Shown: positions 1 through 10,395 of the stretch, piece after piece
Layout of the letters: each line of letters starts with the position of its first letter
Position numbering within the stretch: the stretch's first letter is position 1
Source: a virus
Taxonomy: Duplodnaviria > Caudoviricetes
Length of the DNA: 50,847 nt
Direction: 5' to 3' (one strand)
IMG/VR virus record: IMGVR_UViG_3300031669_000042
Location: 1 to 50,847 of that record
Made by a program: the position numbers and the translations under genes
Notes under the pieces: generated by a model
Databases searched by the model: none
What the model saw: only the letters and a program-made list of their open reading frames with translations
Told to the model about the DNA's origin: nothing

Positions 1-133
1 ACCAGGCCAGTAGTCCCTGCTGGAACTTGTTTGCCCGCGCCTCTCCCCCGTCCTCGATGGGGAAGGTCTCAGGCCAGAGCCCCACGGTGCTCCCGACGTG
101 CAGGTCCGCGATGGCCAGGATGTCCGCCGTCAT
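1..133 (-). CDS. Partial (runs off window) putative calcineurin-like metallophosphoesterase
   Basis: Manual translation MTADILAIADLHVGSTVGLWP... shows a hydrophobic strand followed by DxH; ATG overlaps the upstream stop (ATGA). Confidence 0.55.
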   Translation of the reverse strand, partial: MTADILAIADLHVGSTVGLWPETFPIEDGGEARANKFQQGLLAW

Positions 134-570
134 CCGGCCTCCGTCGACGACAGCCGCGTCTCGATGTCCGCCTTCTCAGTCTCCAGCCGCTTCACTTCGT
201 GCTCCAGCTCCACGATGCGCTTGGCCTGGTCGCGGCGCTGGCACTCCAGCTCGATGATCCGGGCCTCTAGCTCAGCCTTCTCCCGCTTCCAATTGGCCAC
301 GTTGTTGGCGTACTGCTCTCGCAGCCGGGTGAGCTCCTGCGATAGCGCCTCGATGCGCCCGTAGGCCGCGTCGAGCCGCGCGGTCTCCTGGTCCAGCCGC
401 TTCTGCATCCCCTGCACCAGGGACGCGTAGCCCTGCTGCAGGGTCCCTCCCTCTGTCGCTTCTGCCTGGCGATTGCTCTCCCCGCGCCGTTGCAGGATCT
501 GGACGATGTTGACCAGGGCCGTGATGGCCGCCACGATGATGGTGGCGATGATCTCGGGCGCGAGTTGCAT
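130..570 (-). CDS. Holin-like membrane protein with coiled coil
   Basis: N-terminal TM segment (IIATIIVAAITALVNIVQIL) plus long heptad region; directly downstream of the endolysin. Confidence 0.55.
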   Translation of the reverse strand: MQLAPEIIATIIVAAITALVNIVQILQRRGESNRQAEATEGGTLQQGYASLVQGMQKRLDQETARLDAAYGRIEALSQELTRLREQYANNVANWKREKAELEARIIELECQRRDQAKRIVELEHEVKRLETEKADIETRLSSTEAG

Positions 571-582
571 CGGCGGGCTCCT

Positions 583-2301
583 CTACCAGGTAATGTGCGT
601 TGTTGCGCCCCAGTCGCCGTCCCGGCAGTGGACGATGCCCCCGGCGTAGGCGGCCACGGCGTAGGTCACGCCCCCGATGTTCAGCTTGTCGAAGGCCAGG
701 GCCAGCGGTGCGCCTAGTCCCTGCTCGGTGGCGTACTTGGGAAAGGCAAAGGTCGAGTTGTAGGGCAGCCCGTCCGGAGGATAGGGCCGCAGCCCGTTAT
801 AGCAGGCGTTGCGCAGTTGGGTTTTCAGATCGTTCTGTGCCATCCATGCCTCCACAAGAGGAATGATCCACTCCTTGGTGACCGCCTTCCCTGGGCAGGT
901 CTTGGTGCTCACGTCCCGGTGAAAGCGCAGCCCCGTGGCTGGCAGCCCGGTCTCCCGGAAGAGGATCCCCAGCGCGGCCAGGGTGTTCTCTAGCACCGCG
1001 CCGCTCGGGCGAAATACGTCATAGTCGCCCACCATCTCCAGGCCGATGGTCCCCACGTTGTGGACCCCGCCCGCGTGCCAGCCGTCCTTGGTCAGCGGCC
1101 AGAAGACCCAGATCCCGTCCGGCCCCACGAAGAGATGGGGTCCCGCCAGCCAGCCCTTGCGGTAGAGCCCGTCATCATCCTGCCACGGGGTCTCCTCATA
1201 GACCCGCTTCATGGCCCGGATGGTGTCGATGCCCTTCCAGTCCGTGACCAGGGGCCGGTAGGTGTGGTGCAGGAAGATGCCCTTTTTCGTGCCCTGGAGC
1301 TTCAGCCCCTTGGCGTAGTCGGAGAACTCGGTCGGGGTGAACTTGCGCTCCACGATGGCCAGCGGCGGCGAGACGATGGGGTTGTCCGGCGTGGTCCCCG
1401 GCTTGGGTGGCGCCGGGGCTCCCTCGGGCACGGGTCCCAGGGGCTTGATCTGCTTGGCGATGTCGTTCATCATCCCCTCATTGTGGTCAAAGCTCCCCCA
1501 GGGCTTCTCATAGCCCAGGGTAAAGAGCATGGCCGCCTCCACGTAGCCGTCCTCCCGTATCAGGCGCTCAAACTCGAGAAGATCCTGCAGGTACTGGGCC
1601 TTGGTCCCCGTGGCCTGCCACCCGGCCTTGTCTGCCGGGCGCAGGTTGCCGATCTGGGCGTCGCTCCCGGCCTCGCTGAGCAGGCAGGGCGTCACGTAGG
1701 GGTCGAATCCCAGGCCCTTGAGGACCCTTACGATCCAGCGGTAGCGTAGCGGGCAGTCGGGGTCGTTCGGCCCGATCCCCTTGAGCCGCGACCAGTAGGC
1801 GTGATAGCACCAGTAGGCGGGCCGCACGCCCTTGGGGTAGCTTCCGGGGAGGAACATCGGCGCCAGCCGCTTGATCTTGTCCTCCACTTCCGCGGGTGGC
1901 CCGTATGGGTTGCCCACGGAAATGCAGCCGATGGCTGCTGGTATCCCCATCGTGGCCAGCTCAGTCACACAAGCGATGGTGAAAGCGACCAGGTTGGCGA
2001 TCCCCGCCGGGCTGTTCACGTCCGGCTCGTTGGGGAGCTCTAGCGCGTCGCCGTAGCCCAGGGCCTTGTAGCTCGGCCCCAGCCGGCGGGCGTACTCCTT
2101 GCCCCCTTCCGCGCCCCTGGCAATGGCCCCCGGCGCCCAATCGTCGCACCAGAAGCGGATCAGGGCCTTGAGGCCAGGGTAGGGGTTGCCCGGTCCGGGG
2201 TTGACCAGCTTGACCCACTTGGGGCCTAGCAGGCTGAGGACCGCCTTGATCCAGGTCTGGTTGCGCTGGATGTGGGCCGTGGTCTTGCTGCCGTAGGTCA
2301 T
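583..2301 (-). CDS. Endolysin: glycoside-hydrolase-like domain + N-acetylmuramoyl-L-alanine amidase (Amidase_2-like)
   Basis: NEP and LSEAG motifs of clan GH-A; Pro-rich linker; IFLHHT...HRDVSTKTCPG Zn-amidase motifs; start re-called at ATG 2301 (ATGA overlap). Confidence 0.75.
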   Translation of the reverse strand: MTYGSKTTAHIQRNQTWIKAVLSLLGPKWVKLVNPGPGNPYPGLKALIRFWCDDWAPGAIARGAEGGKEYARRLGPSYKALGYGDALELPNEPDVNSPAGIANLVAFTIACVTELATMGIPAAIGCISVGNPYGPPAEVEDKIKRLAPMFLPGSYPKGVRPAYWCYHAYWSRLKGIGPNDPDCPLRYRWIVRVLKGLGFDPYVTPCLLSEAGSDAQIGNLRPADKAGWQATGTKAQYLQDLLEFERLIREDGYVEAAMLFTLGYEKPWGSFDHNEGMMNDIAKQIKPLGPVPEGAPAPPKPGTTPDNPIVSPPLAIVERKFTPTEFSDYAKGLKLQGTKKGIFLHHTYRPLVTDWKGIDTIRAMKRVYEETPWQDDDGLYRKGWLAGPHLFVGPDGIWVFWPLTKDGWHAGGVHNVGTIGLEMVGDYDVFRPSGAVLENTLAALGILFRETGLPATGLRFHRDVSTKTCPGKAVTKEWIIPLVEAWMAQNDLKTQLRNACYNGLRPYPPDGLPYNSTFAFPKYATEQGLGAPLALAFDKLNIGGVTYAVAAYAGGIVHCRDGDWGATTHITW

Positions 2302-2744
2302 GCTTCCGGCTCCTGGGGTGGCTCCCCTATCGGCGGCGGGCATGGCGGGTCCGCGGGCTCGTCTCCCGCCTGCAGCAGCCCGCCCAGCATGTAGAGCGTC
2401 CTGGGCGCGATCTGCTCGATGCGCTGCAGGTCCCCCTCGTAGACCGCCAGGAGGAAATCCGCCGGGCGATCCATCAGCTCGCTGTAGTCCCGCTCAAAGT
2501 CCGCCAGCGTCGCGGGCTCCAGGATGACGTGGTCGCCCTCCTGCCGCATCTCGCCCTGGGCGTCCTTCTTTGCGTACTGGCGCAGCAGATTCCGCCGCGC
2601 CGCCTCCACGTGGTCCTGCTGCTCCCCCGCAGCGCGCATGAGCTTGCTCACCCGGTAGGCCGCCCGAGGCGGCATGGGCTGGTCCGCCAGTGCCGTGAGC
2701 GCCTGCAGCGCCCCTGGGATCTCCCTGTTTGTGATCGTGGCCAT
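2298..2744 (-). CDS. Phage protein downstream of tail fibre (DUF1617-like, possible assembly chaperone)
   Basis: LLRQYAKKDAQGE...DFERDYSELM pattern and position after the tail protein. Confidence 0.5.
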   Translation of the reverse strand: MATITNREIPGALQALTALADQPMPPRAAYRVSKLMRAAGEQQDHVEAARRNLLRQYAKKDAQGEMRQEGDHVILEPATLADFERDYSELMDRPADFLLAVYEGDLQRIEQIAPRTLYMLGGLLQAGDEPADPPCPPPIGEPPQEPEA

Positions 2745-2873
2745 GCTGTGTCTCTCCTCACTTTGTGTTGGATGTGCCGTGCCCTAAGCACGATTATACC
2801 CTAGATCGCGCCTGGTGAACAGCCCCCGTCCCGGCGTTACGCCGAGGAGCTATCCACCGGAGAAGCCAGGCGC

Positions 2874-5800
2874 TTAGAGCATGGCGATGCCGGAACAGCC
2901 ATATTGCAAACCTGTCACTAGAATGCTCATCACCACGCCAGGGCTAGCCGTATGATCTCGCCGGATAGTGAACGTGTAGGTGTCCGTGCTCCGGGCGTTC
3001 GTGAGCGAGTCTGCTGTAATCTCTCCTGTATAGCCAAAGTCCGTCAACTCTACAGTAGAGTTAGCCCGCTCCGTTCCAGCGCTATCTCGGTAAATAAAGA
3101 CTCGGTACTTCTTCTCGCCTCCATAAAGCCCAGTGCCGGTAGAGCGGTGCGTGATGATGGTCACTTCCAGGTAGATCATCGCGCTGGCAGGCAACGTAAC
3201 AGCGAGGAAGTCCTTGACCGCATCGTCGGAATAAGCGAATGCATTAGACAGAACGACAGCACGACCAGTGACCGAGAGGTTGCCGCTCGCACGTATATCC
3301 CCCGTCGCTGCCCCAGTTGCGGTGCCGACGTTGAGACCGAGCTTGGCATTTAGTGTATCCCATGCCGTCAGCACACCACCTGCTACGTCGATAGCCCCTA
3401 CTCCTGCGGGGTCATCTGTGATTAGGATATAGGGTGAATCACCACTGGCAGCCATAGCCATCATGGTGACTTTTGAGATATGCCCCGCGCCGGTACTGAC
3501 AGCCCGGAGCATCAGACGGGCTCCATATCCCGATTGCTCCTCAGCCTCTAGGTATACCCCATCAAAGATGTTAGGAGATTGGGGGACGTGACCCCAAAGT
3601 TTGCCAATGTCTGAACCAGCAATGGGCAGGCGAATCTTGACTGCTGCCCCTGCGACATAGGCTATTCCCGCCTCAATCGAGAGGCCATCCACGTCCATCC
3701 ACGTCTTGCCCGCTCCGGCCAAAACAGCGCCGGTAACTCCGTCCAAGTACGCCTGCTTGACGTTTGCCTTGAGACCATAGAGGCCAGTCCTATCCAAAAA
3801 TATGCCTGTGCCGCTCGATGCCGATGCCGGGGGAGTAGCCCCAAAAGCTAGAGCAGCGCTTGCCCCACTCCGGAGGTGGATGCCCGTAGAACTGAGTTTA
3901 CCATCCTCTAGTGTCCAACCAGAGACATTCAGTATGCCTGCCGTAGTCCAGGCAATTTTACCATCAGCCAAGTAACCCGACCCCGCATGATCGAAGTGGG
4001 CACGTAGGACAGTCAAAGATTGGACGGTGCTATAGAAGTCTAGGTCACCGTCAACAGTAGCACGCAAGAAGGCCAAATCGGTGCCGATCTCCACGACGCT
4101 ACTGGTCAACCGGACAACGCCAGTCGTCCCCTGCCGTAGAGATAGTGTGCCAGCACTCTGATCCCACAGTAGGTTTACCTTATCCCAGGCATTGCTCCCG
4201 ATTAGCACATCCCCCGCAGCGAGCGCTTCCCCTCCAATCGTCGCCGCTTCGGTGAGGAGAGAGAAGGCGTTGGCAAAACTCGCGTCATACCCGAAGATGC
4301 CCCCGCCGTGGGCCAGGACATAGGCTTGCCCATGCCCTCGTGTCAGCTTTAGCTCAAACTTGTTGGTGCCTACAACAGCAGGCCCATTGGAGTAGTAGAG
4401 TTGTTGTGCTTCCTGAGTGGTCAGCGCCCGGTTGAAGACCAGCAAGTCGTCGATGTAGCCGGGATGGCCGTAGCTGGGCGACGGGCTAACGCCGAATGTC
4501 GGCCCCAAATCAGGTATGTTGACATGGGTTGCCTGCGTGGTTGCCGTGCCGTCTATCACCATCCAGTGCTTGGTAGCGTTCCAGATGAAGACGATGTGGT
4601 GCCAAACCCGCTCAGTGATGGTAGCGCTCGTTTTGCTAGTAGTGTCAACGCGGAAGACGACATTGCCCCCAGAAGTGATATAGCCATCTAACTCAGAGGC
4701 AGCATTACCCGCGCTCCACAGGAATCCACCGCTGGTGTTGGCGTTCACCAGATAGACCCACATCGCCACCGTACCCTCGCGGGCCGGCGTATTCATAATA
4801 CCGGGGAGCGGGTAAGTAAGGTAATGTGCGTCCGCCCTAGCAGAAGTGGAACCGTGCGCCGTGCCCGACCAGGTGCAACCCGGCATTGTGCCGTCCAGGT
4901 AGGGGCCGCCAAAGGTGGCGTTTTCTAGCTGGACCGCATCCACGTAGCACGACCGGGTCGGCGTGTCGATGGAGACAATGTAGACCCGCACCCAGTCAAC
5001 TGTCTTGCCCCCGTTCGCCGCCTGCAGCACGAGACGATGTTGCCAATTGGCAGTCATGGTGCAGCCGGTCTGCACGTCGTCTTGGGTCGCGTCCGTGTAG
5101 TGGATGCGGAGCAGCAGGGAGAAGTTGAGCCCCACGTCTGCCGCCGTCGCCGCCTTCAGGTAGCACTGCGCGACCCAGGTGCCGCCGGTCGAGGTCGTCT
5201 TAGTCTGGTAGATGTAACCGTTGGAGCCCTCACCATTGGTGACTTGGGCGCAACAGGAGCCCACGTAGCCCTCGCTGGTCACGCGCGCGACCGTCCCGTA
5301 TGCCGCCGTCCACCCCGCCGTGTCGACTTCAAAGCTCGGATTGGTGATGTGGTTGGTCCGCGACGGCGCGGTCAACAGCGCCTTGCCATAGCGCCCATAC
5401 CAGCCGGTGCTTAGGCCCAGGCCCGCGTTCTGCGTGGCCGTTTGCCCCAGATGGCCGTTTGGGTTTATGTCCTGGTAGAGCGAGTAGGGTTGGTTGCCGT
5501 CGAAGGGGCAGTAGAGCGTTACCCCATTAGCAACGTAGGACGCGCCAGGGCCGGTCATCAGACCACCCACGATATTGAGTGCGGCCCCATCCCAATGCAG
5601 CCCTGCCGTGAGTACCCCGGTATCGATGTTGCCGACCCTAAACTCGTAGTCAGCGCCATCTTTGCCCATCCAGATACCCGAACCGGTAAGAGGGGCTGTG
5701 GGAAGGGCCGCACCCAGGGCAATGGAGGGAGAGCCTGCGCCGTAGAGCATGGCGACAACGGGGACTGCCCCCACGTACATCTTCAGGTCAAGGTTATGCA

Positions 5801-8800
5801 GGTCAAAGCCAAGGTTGCTGATGCGGAGGTATTGAGAAGCATCCGTAACGCCGCTCCCGGCGTACAGACCGTATTCGTCTCCGCTGGTAAAGATACCATT
5901 GAGTTGGCCCAGCCTGGAGCGAACCACTTTGCCAGAGTTGGGGTGAGTTGTCCAGGTGACGATCTGCGCGTAAGGAGTAACACCCGCCCAGGTACCCGCA
6001 TCCACGCCGTCTATGCTTGTGTCAACAGCGGAGACTTCCCAATAGCCGTTGCCCGATGTGCCATAGTCCAGCGCCAGGGACTTGGCCGCAACAACAGTGG
6101 AAGCGGCCATCGCGCCCGCGTTCGGGGCTGCGGAGCGGGTAAACGTCCACGATTGCGTGTACTCTACCCCTCCAGGGTCGTCGGCGTAGTTGGTGACTAC
6201 GCCCCAGCAGTTGCTAATGTCCAGCCCGCCCTCCTTGCGGCTAAACGAGCGCACACACACAAAGTCGCCCGACTCAAAGACGCGCATATCCTGAGCACTC
6301 GGCAGATCCTCTACGGTCAAAGTTGCTGCAGCACCTGCTGCAGGCGCGGTAAAGTCGAGTGCCAGAATAGCCACGCTCTTACTGATAATCTGCCCGCCCG
6401 CCAGTGCCTGCTCAAGGTCAGCTACGAACACCTTGGCATGCAATTCGTCAGCGTACAGATAGCGGAAGTCGGCATAGCCCGCGTAGGAGATCCCCCAGCC
6501 CGTAGTTTGACTGGCAAAGTGCTCAGACTTGATCCACGGCATATTGGTTGCCGACATTCTCACGCCACTAGGCGGGCTGAAGTCCACATAGCTGCCAGCG
6601 GTAATCTTGAGCGCGTTGGTTGCCGATATGCCCGCTGAGGCGTGGTCGAACTTGTGTGTACCCGTCCAGGTCGGAGCCATGCCTTCGTCGATGTTATGGT
6701 AATGGTTGCTGCGTGCGAATGAAGTCGCGTCGCCCTGAGCCGAAGCGCTCACGCCTACACTGTCCGCCGCCGGTGCCGCCGCCGCCGCGCTGTGTACGTG
6801 ATTCGATCTGGCGAATGAGGTAGCATCCCCCTCGCTGGCCGAGGCGCTTGGATAGATCAGACCAGGAGCCGCTGCAACTATGGAGTGCCGATGGTCAGAC
6901 CGGGCGAATGAGTATGCAGACCCCTCGTCAGCGGGATCGTCGGGCTGGATCGCTCCGGGTGCCGCCGCTACTATGGCGTGAACGTGGTCTCGCCTCGCGG
7001 CAAAAGCGGCTGAACCTGTAGCCGCTGCGTCGTCAGGTTGGATGGTCGAGGGGACAGTGGCGTCAAACGCTGCGATGGTAGCATTAGAGCGGATGATCCC
7101 CGTAGCGTCGCCCGCTGATGCATTCAGTCCCAAGATAATCGCCGGTGTTGCCCAACCTGGCACAATAGCCCCTGTGCTAAACGTTAGGCCACTGCCCAGG
7201 TTGACTTGTGTCTTTTTGGGCGTACTTGCGTCAAACTTCAGGCCCGCCGCCGTATCAATACCCACGGCCAATGTGTATGTGCTGCCCGCGCCCCCGTCTG
7301 TGCCAGCCAGACCATCACCCGGCGTGAATACGCGCTCATTGGAGATGCTGGCATTGACAGCTAGGGTGAGGAATTGCGCTGCTGCAAACCCCGCTATATC
7401 CACGCCGTCCACCGTGCCGTCGGTGGTGATGTTGCCCACCACGTGCAGGGCATCGTCGGTCTTGAGCTGGTTCGCCGCGCCTCGGTACAGGTTGGTGTCC
7501 CTGGCCGCGTCGCCCGAGCCCCACTCCTGCTTGCCGTCGCCCATGATGCCCCAGCGGGCGTAGGTTTGCCCGCTCACCTTGGTCTTGAGCGCGTAGCTGT
7601 CCGCGGCGACCTGGGTCCACTCGTGGGTGGCGCCCCAGATGATGGCCGTCTCCAGAGGCAGATCGGCGGGGACCATCGCCCGGAAGGCCGGGACGGCGGC
7701 CCCTCCTGCCGCTGGCCCGGCGAAGAGCGCGTTCGCCGCCTGGGCCGGGAGCGTCAGCGTCGAGAGAATCTCTACCGTCGTGAATCGGCCCGTAGAAGCG
7801 ATGCTTGCGCCGATGGGCGTGCCGTCGATGGAGCCGCCGTTGATGTCGACGTCGTCGCTGGTGATCTGCCGCACCACCGTCTGTACGGCCAGCGATCCGT
7901 GGGCAGTCAGGTCCATGATCGCGCCCGCCAGCATGGCCACCTGCTCGCCGTCCGTCTTGGGCCGCTTTTTCACCGTGGCCACTTCCAGCTCGCAGGTGAA
8001 GAATCCCGCGCCGTCGTAGCCGCGCGTTGTCCGGAGCACGTAGACCTCGCGGGCGATGTTCTTGGTGCAGGTGCCGTCCTCGGCGTACTCCTGGTAGTCC
8101 AGCCAGACGGCCTCCCCGACCTTGATGGCCAGGGCGTTCTTGGCCAGCGTCACCCGGTAGGCGTATTGGGGCTCCTTGTGGTCCTTCAGATGGGTCAGCG
8201 CCGCCTCGTACAGGGCGTCGCTGGCCATCTCGGGGTGATCCTGGTAGCTGTCCGGCTGCTGCAGCACGATGTTGGGGAAGGAGACGCTGCGCTCGATGCG
8301 CGGGTAGCTGGCCTCCCCGGCGTCGCACTTGATGTAGTTTTTGACCTTGTCGAGCGTGTAGCCCGCCTCTGGCGTCTTGGTGCAGTCGGCCAGGGTGACG
8401 CGCCCGCTCGCCATGCCCCCGCCGTAGGGGATCACGCGGGTGATCAGCTCGTAGGCGTCCCGCTCCTCCTCTAGATCCAGAGCCAGCGCCGCATAGGGGT
8501 TGTTCTCCACGGCGTCGGTGCCGGAGGCGATCACGTACACCGGCGCGTCCGGGTTGGTGTCCCGCAGCCACTCAACGACCTTGCCGCTTCCGAGCCGGAA
8601 ATGCTCCCCGGTGGCTTCCGCCAGCGCCCTCAGCGCGGCCAGCACCGAGACGTTCCTGAATTCCAGGTAAGCGGTCTTGGCCGTGGTGGTGTAGGTCCCC
8701 ACCGACCAGCCTGCCGGGGCCAGGGCCATGATCAGGTTTATGCCGTCCGCGGTGGCGACGTCGCCGTAGACCGTGAACTCGTAGACCTCGATGTCCGATG

Positions 8801-9605
8801 TGTCGCCGGTGGCGTAGAGGCGGAGCCAGAACCAGGAGCCCGCGGCCTCGGTAGGCGTGCAGCGCTCCCAGTCGGTGGGCCGGGTAAACGAGATTTCCCC
8901 GCTCTGGGCGAAGGTCTTACCGCCGGACTCGGTGCCGTCGGTGACGGTCAGGTCCTTCCAGCCGTCGGAGCTGTTATACTGGACCTTGAGCGTGACGGCA
9001 TTGATGTTGGGCGTTCGGACTTGGACGTAGATTCTGTCGTAGCGGCTGTCCTTGCCCACGTAGGTGTAGCGGTAGGCCGACCCCTCGTAGGCCATCTCCA
9101 ACTTGAGCTCATCATACGTCGTGGTGGCGTCGCCGTCGTAGGTGTGGTCCAGGTCCTTGTCGGTGTACGTCCCGCTGTGCAGGTGCAGCTCATGCACCCG
9201 GCCCTTGGGCTTGTCGGGGTCATCCGGGTTGTTCAGGAAGGCCCAGCCCAGCTCCTTGATCAGGAGCTCGCTGCCGGTGTCGCGGTAGCTCAGCTCGTAG
9301 AGGATATCGCTGCCGGTGACGCGCAGCAGGCTCGGGCTGCCATCCTTGCCCTTGATAAAGGTGATCCGGGCGATGATCATCGCGCCGACCAGGGTGACCA
9401 CTTCGTTCTCTACGGTGTAGCACCACGCCTGGCGCAGCTCCTGCAGCATATTGGCCCTCGGGTCCCCGACCGGCATCGTGAATTCGCACACGCCCGCTTC
9501 GTCTAGCGCCGGGCTGTTCTGCCACTCCTGGACGGTGTAGATCGGGCCGGGCTCCTGCTTGGTCATGCCGGTAACGTCGTAGATGTCGACCCATAGTCCT
9601 GCCAT
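2874..9605 (-). CDS. Large tail tip / fibre protein (Tal-like N-terminus, HxH fibre repeats, CBM-like and LamG-like domains)
   Basis: 2243-aa ORF after Dit; LITRVIPYGG motif; NHITNPSFE...YVDAVQLE CBM-like region; GTVAMWV...WHHIVF...GYIDDLLVFNRALT LamG-like region. Confidence 0.8.
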   Translation of the reverse strand: MAGLWVDIYDVTGMTKQEPGPIYTVQEWQNSPALDEAGVCEFTMPVGDPRANMLQELRQAWCYTVENEVVTLVGAMIIARITFIKGKDGSPSLLRVTGSDILYELSYRDTGSELLIKELGWAFLNNPDDPDKPKGRVHELHLHSGTYTDKDLDHTYDGDATTTYDELKLEMAYEGSAYRYTYVGKDSRYDRIYVQVRTPNINAVTLKVQYNSSDGWKDLTVTDGTESGGKTFAQSGEISFTRPTDWERCTPTEAAGSWFWLRLYATGDTSDIEVYEFTVYGDVATADGINLIMALAPAGWSVGTYTTTAKTAYLEFRNVSVLAALRALAEATGEHFRLGSGKVVEWLRDTNPDAPVYVIASGTDAVENNPYAALALDLEEERDAYELITRVIPYGGGMASGRVTLADCTKTPEAGYTLDKVKNYIKCDAGEASYPRIERSVSFPNIVLQQPDSYQDHPEMASDALYEAALTHLKDHKEPQYAYRVTLAKNALAIKVGEAVWLDYQEYAEDGTCTKNIAREVYVLRTTRGYDGAGFFTCELEVATVKKRPKTDGEQVAMLAGAIMDLTAHGSLAVQTVVRQITSDDVDINGGSIDGTPIGASIASTGRFTTVEILSTLTLPAQAANALFAGPAAGGAAVPAFRAMVPADLPLETAIIWGATHEWTQVAADSYALKTKVSGQTYARWGIMGDGKQEWGSGDAARDTNLYRGAANQLKTDDALHVVGNITTDGTVDGVDIAGFAAAQFLTLAVNASISNERVFTPGDGLAGTDGGAGSTYTLAVGIDTAAGLKFDASTPKKTQVNLGSGLTFSTGAIVPGWATPAIILGLNASAGDATGIIRSNATIAAFDATVPSTIQPDDAAATGSAAFAARRDHVHAIVAAAPGAIQPDDPADEGSAYSFARSDHRHSIVAAAPGLIYPSASASEGDATSFARSNHVHSAAAAAPAADSVGVSASAQGDATSFARSNHYHNIDEGMAPTWTGTHKFDHASAGISATNALKITAGSYVDFSPPSGVRMSATNMPWIKSEHFASQTTGWGISYAGYADFRYLYADELHAKVFVADLEQALAGGQIISKSVAILALDFTAPAAGAAATLTVEDLPSAQDMRVFESGDFVCVRSFSRKEGGLDISNCWGVVTNYADDPGGVEYTQSWTFTRSAAPNAGAMAASTVVAAKSLALDYGTSGNGYWEVSAVDTSIDGVDAGTWAGVTPYAQIVTWTTHPNSGKVVRSRLGQLNGIFTSGDEYGLYAGSGVTDASQYLRISNLGFDLHNLDLKMYVGAVPVVAMLYGAGSPSIALGAALPTAPLTGSGIWMGKDGADYEFRVGNIDTGVLTAGLHWDGAALNIVGGLMTGPGASYVANGVTLYCPFDGNQPYSLYQDINPNGHLGQTATQNAGLGLSTGWYGRYGKALLTAPSRTNHITNPSFEVDTAGWTAAYGTVARVTSEGYVGSCCAQVTNGEGSNGYIYQTKTTSTGGTWVAQCYLKAATAADVGLNFSLLLRIHYTDATQDDVQTGCTMTANWQHRLVLQAANGGKTVDWVRVYIVSIDTPTRSCYVDAVQLENATFGGPYLDGTMPGCTWSGTAHGSTSARADAHYLTYPLPGIMNTPAREGTVAMWVYLVNANTSGGFLWSAGNAASELDGYITSGGNVVFRVDTTSKTSATITERVWHHIVFIWNATKHWMVIDGTATTQATHVNIPDLGPTFGVSPSPSYGHPGYIDDLLVFNRALTTQEAQQLYYSNGPAVVGTNKFELKLTRGHGQAYVLAHGGGIFGYDASFANAFSLLTEAATIGGEALAAGDVLIGSNAWDKVNLLWDQSAGTLSLRQGTTGVVRLTSSVVEIGTDLAFLRATVDGDLDFYSTVQSLTVLRAHFDHAGSGYLADGKIAWTTAGILNVSGWTLEDGKLSSTGIHLRSGASAALAFGATPPASASSGTGIFLDRTGLYGLKANVKQAYLDGVTGAVLAGAGKTWMDVDGLSIEAGIAYVAGAAVKIRLPIAGSDIGKLWGHVPQSPNIFDGVYLEAEEQSGYGARLMLRAVSTGAGHISKVTMMAMAASGDSPYILITDDPAGVGAIDVAGGVLTAWDTLNAKLGLNVGTATGAATGDIRASGNLSVTGRAVVLSNAFAYSDDAVKDFLAVTLPASAMIYLEVTIITHRSTGTGLYGGEKKYRVFIYRDSAGTERANSTVELTDFGYTGEITADSLTNARSTDTYTFTIRRDHTASPGVVMSILVTGLQYGCSGIAML

Positions 9606-9606
9606 G

Positions 9607-10395
9607 TCAGGCCCACCCGTCGTAGTAAGCGAAGTTGATCACGCTGTTGGTGCTGCCCCCGGTCAGGGTCACCACCACGCTGGTGTTGCCTGCGTTCAGC
9701 CGCAGCCACTCCGCCACTTTGTGGTTGGCCGTCCGGGTCAGCAGCTTGTACTCGCTGGTGGTGTCGTTCACCACCGAGCGCGCGCCGCAGTTGATGGTCA
9801 GGATCTTGCCGCTGGCCAGGCTCCCGTCCCACTGGATCTCGGTCACGCCGCTCACGCCGATCTTGACGCGGGTGATCGGCGAGCTCCCGGCCATGAGGGA
9901 GAGGATGGCGTTCAGCACCGGGTGGTCCCCGGCGTTGGCCACCACGCAGGTCCTGGGGTTGGTGTCAAGCGTGTACTGCGCGTTATAGGGCGTGGTGCCG
10001 TAGAAGCACGGGCTCACCAGGACAAAGGTCAGCTCCACCTGGACCGCCAGGGAATAGATCGGGGTCCTCTTGCAGCGCACTTCCTGCAGCCTGGCCGTGG
10101 CCCACTGGCTGCTTCCGTCGCCGTCTCCGAGCCGGAAGAGCGACGCTCTGGTCCCTACCAGGGCCAGCCAGGCGGCGTAGGCGGTCTTGAGAGCCGATGG
10201 GGTGGCCGCCACGATCCAGCCGCTCGCGGCGATGGCTCGGGGTGGCCGGTAGACGCGCTGGGTCCCCTTGGGGTCGTAGCCCCCGCCCAGGTCCATCGGG
10301 ATCAGGTAGGCGGGAGCGATGCCGCTGCCGATGTCCTGCTCGGCGTCCAGTTGTGGGATGAGCGTCGAGCCAAACTGGGTATACCTGTAGGCCAT
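9607..10395 (-). CDS. Distal tail protein (Dit-like)
   Basis: Lies between tape measure and tail tip genes; C-terminal WLRLNAGNTSVVV motif. Confidence 0.7.
   Translation of the reverse strand: MAYRYTQFGSTLIPQLDAEQDIGSGIAPAYLIPMDLGGGYDPKGTQRVYRPPRAIAASGWIVAATPSALKTAYAAWLALVGTRASLFRLGDGDGSSQWATARLQEVRCKRTPIYSLAVQVELTFVLVSPCFYGTTPYNAQYTLDTNPRTCVVANAGDHPVLNAILSLMAGSSPITRVKIGVSGVTEIQWDGSLASGKILTINCGARSVVNDTTSEYKLLTRTANHKVAEWLRLNAGNTSVVVTLTGGSTNSVINFAYYDGWA

Noticed and set aside
2745-3300. Diversity-generating retroelement at the tail-protein 3' end
   Set aside because: A hairpin is present but I saw no template-repeat copy and no reverse transcriptase in the window
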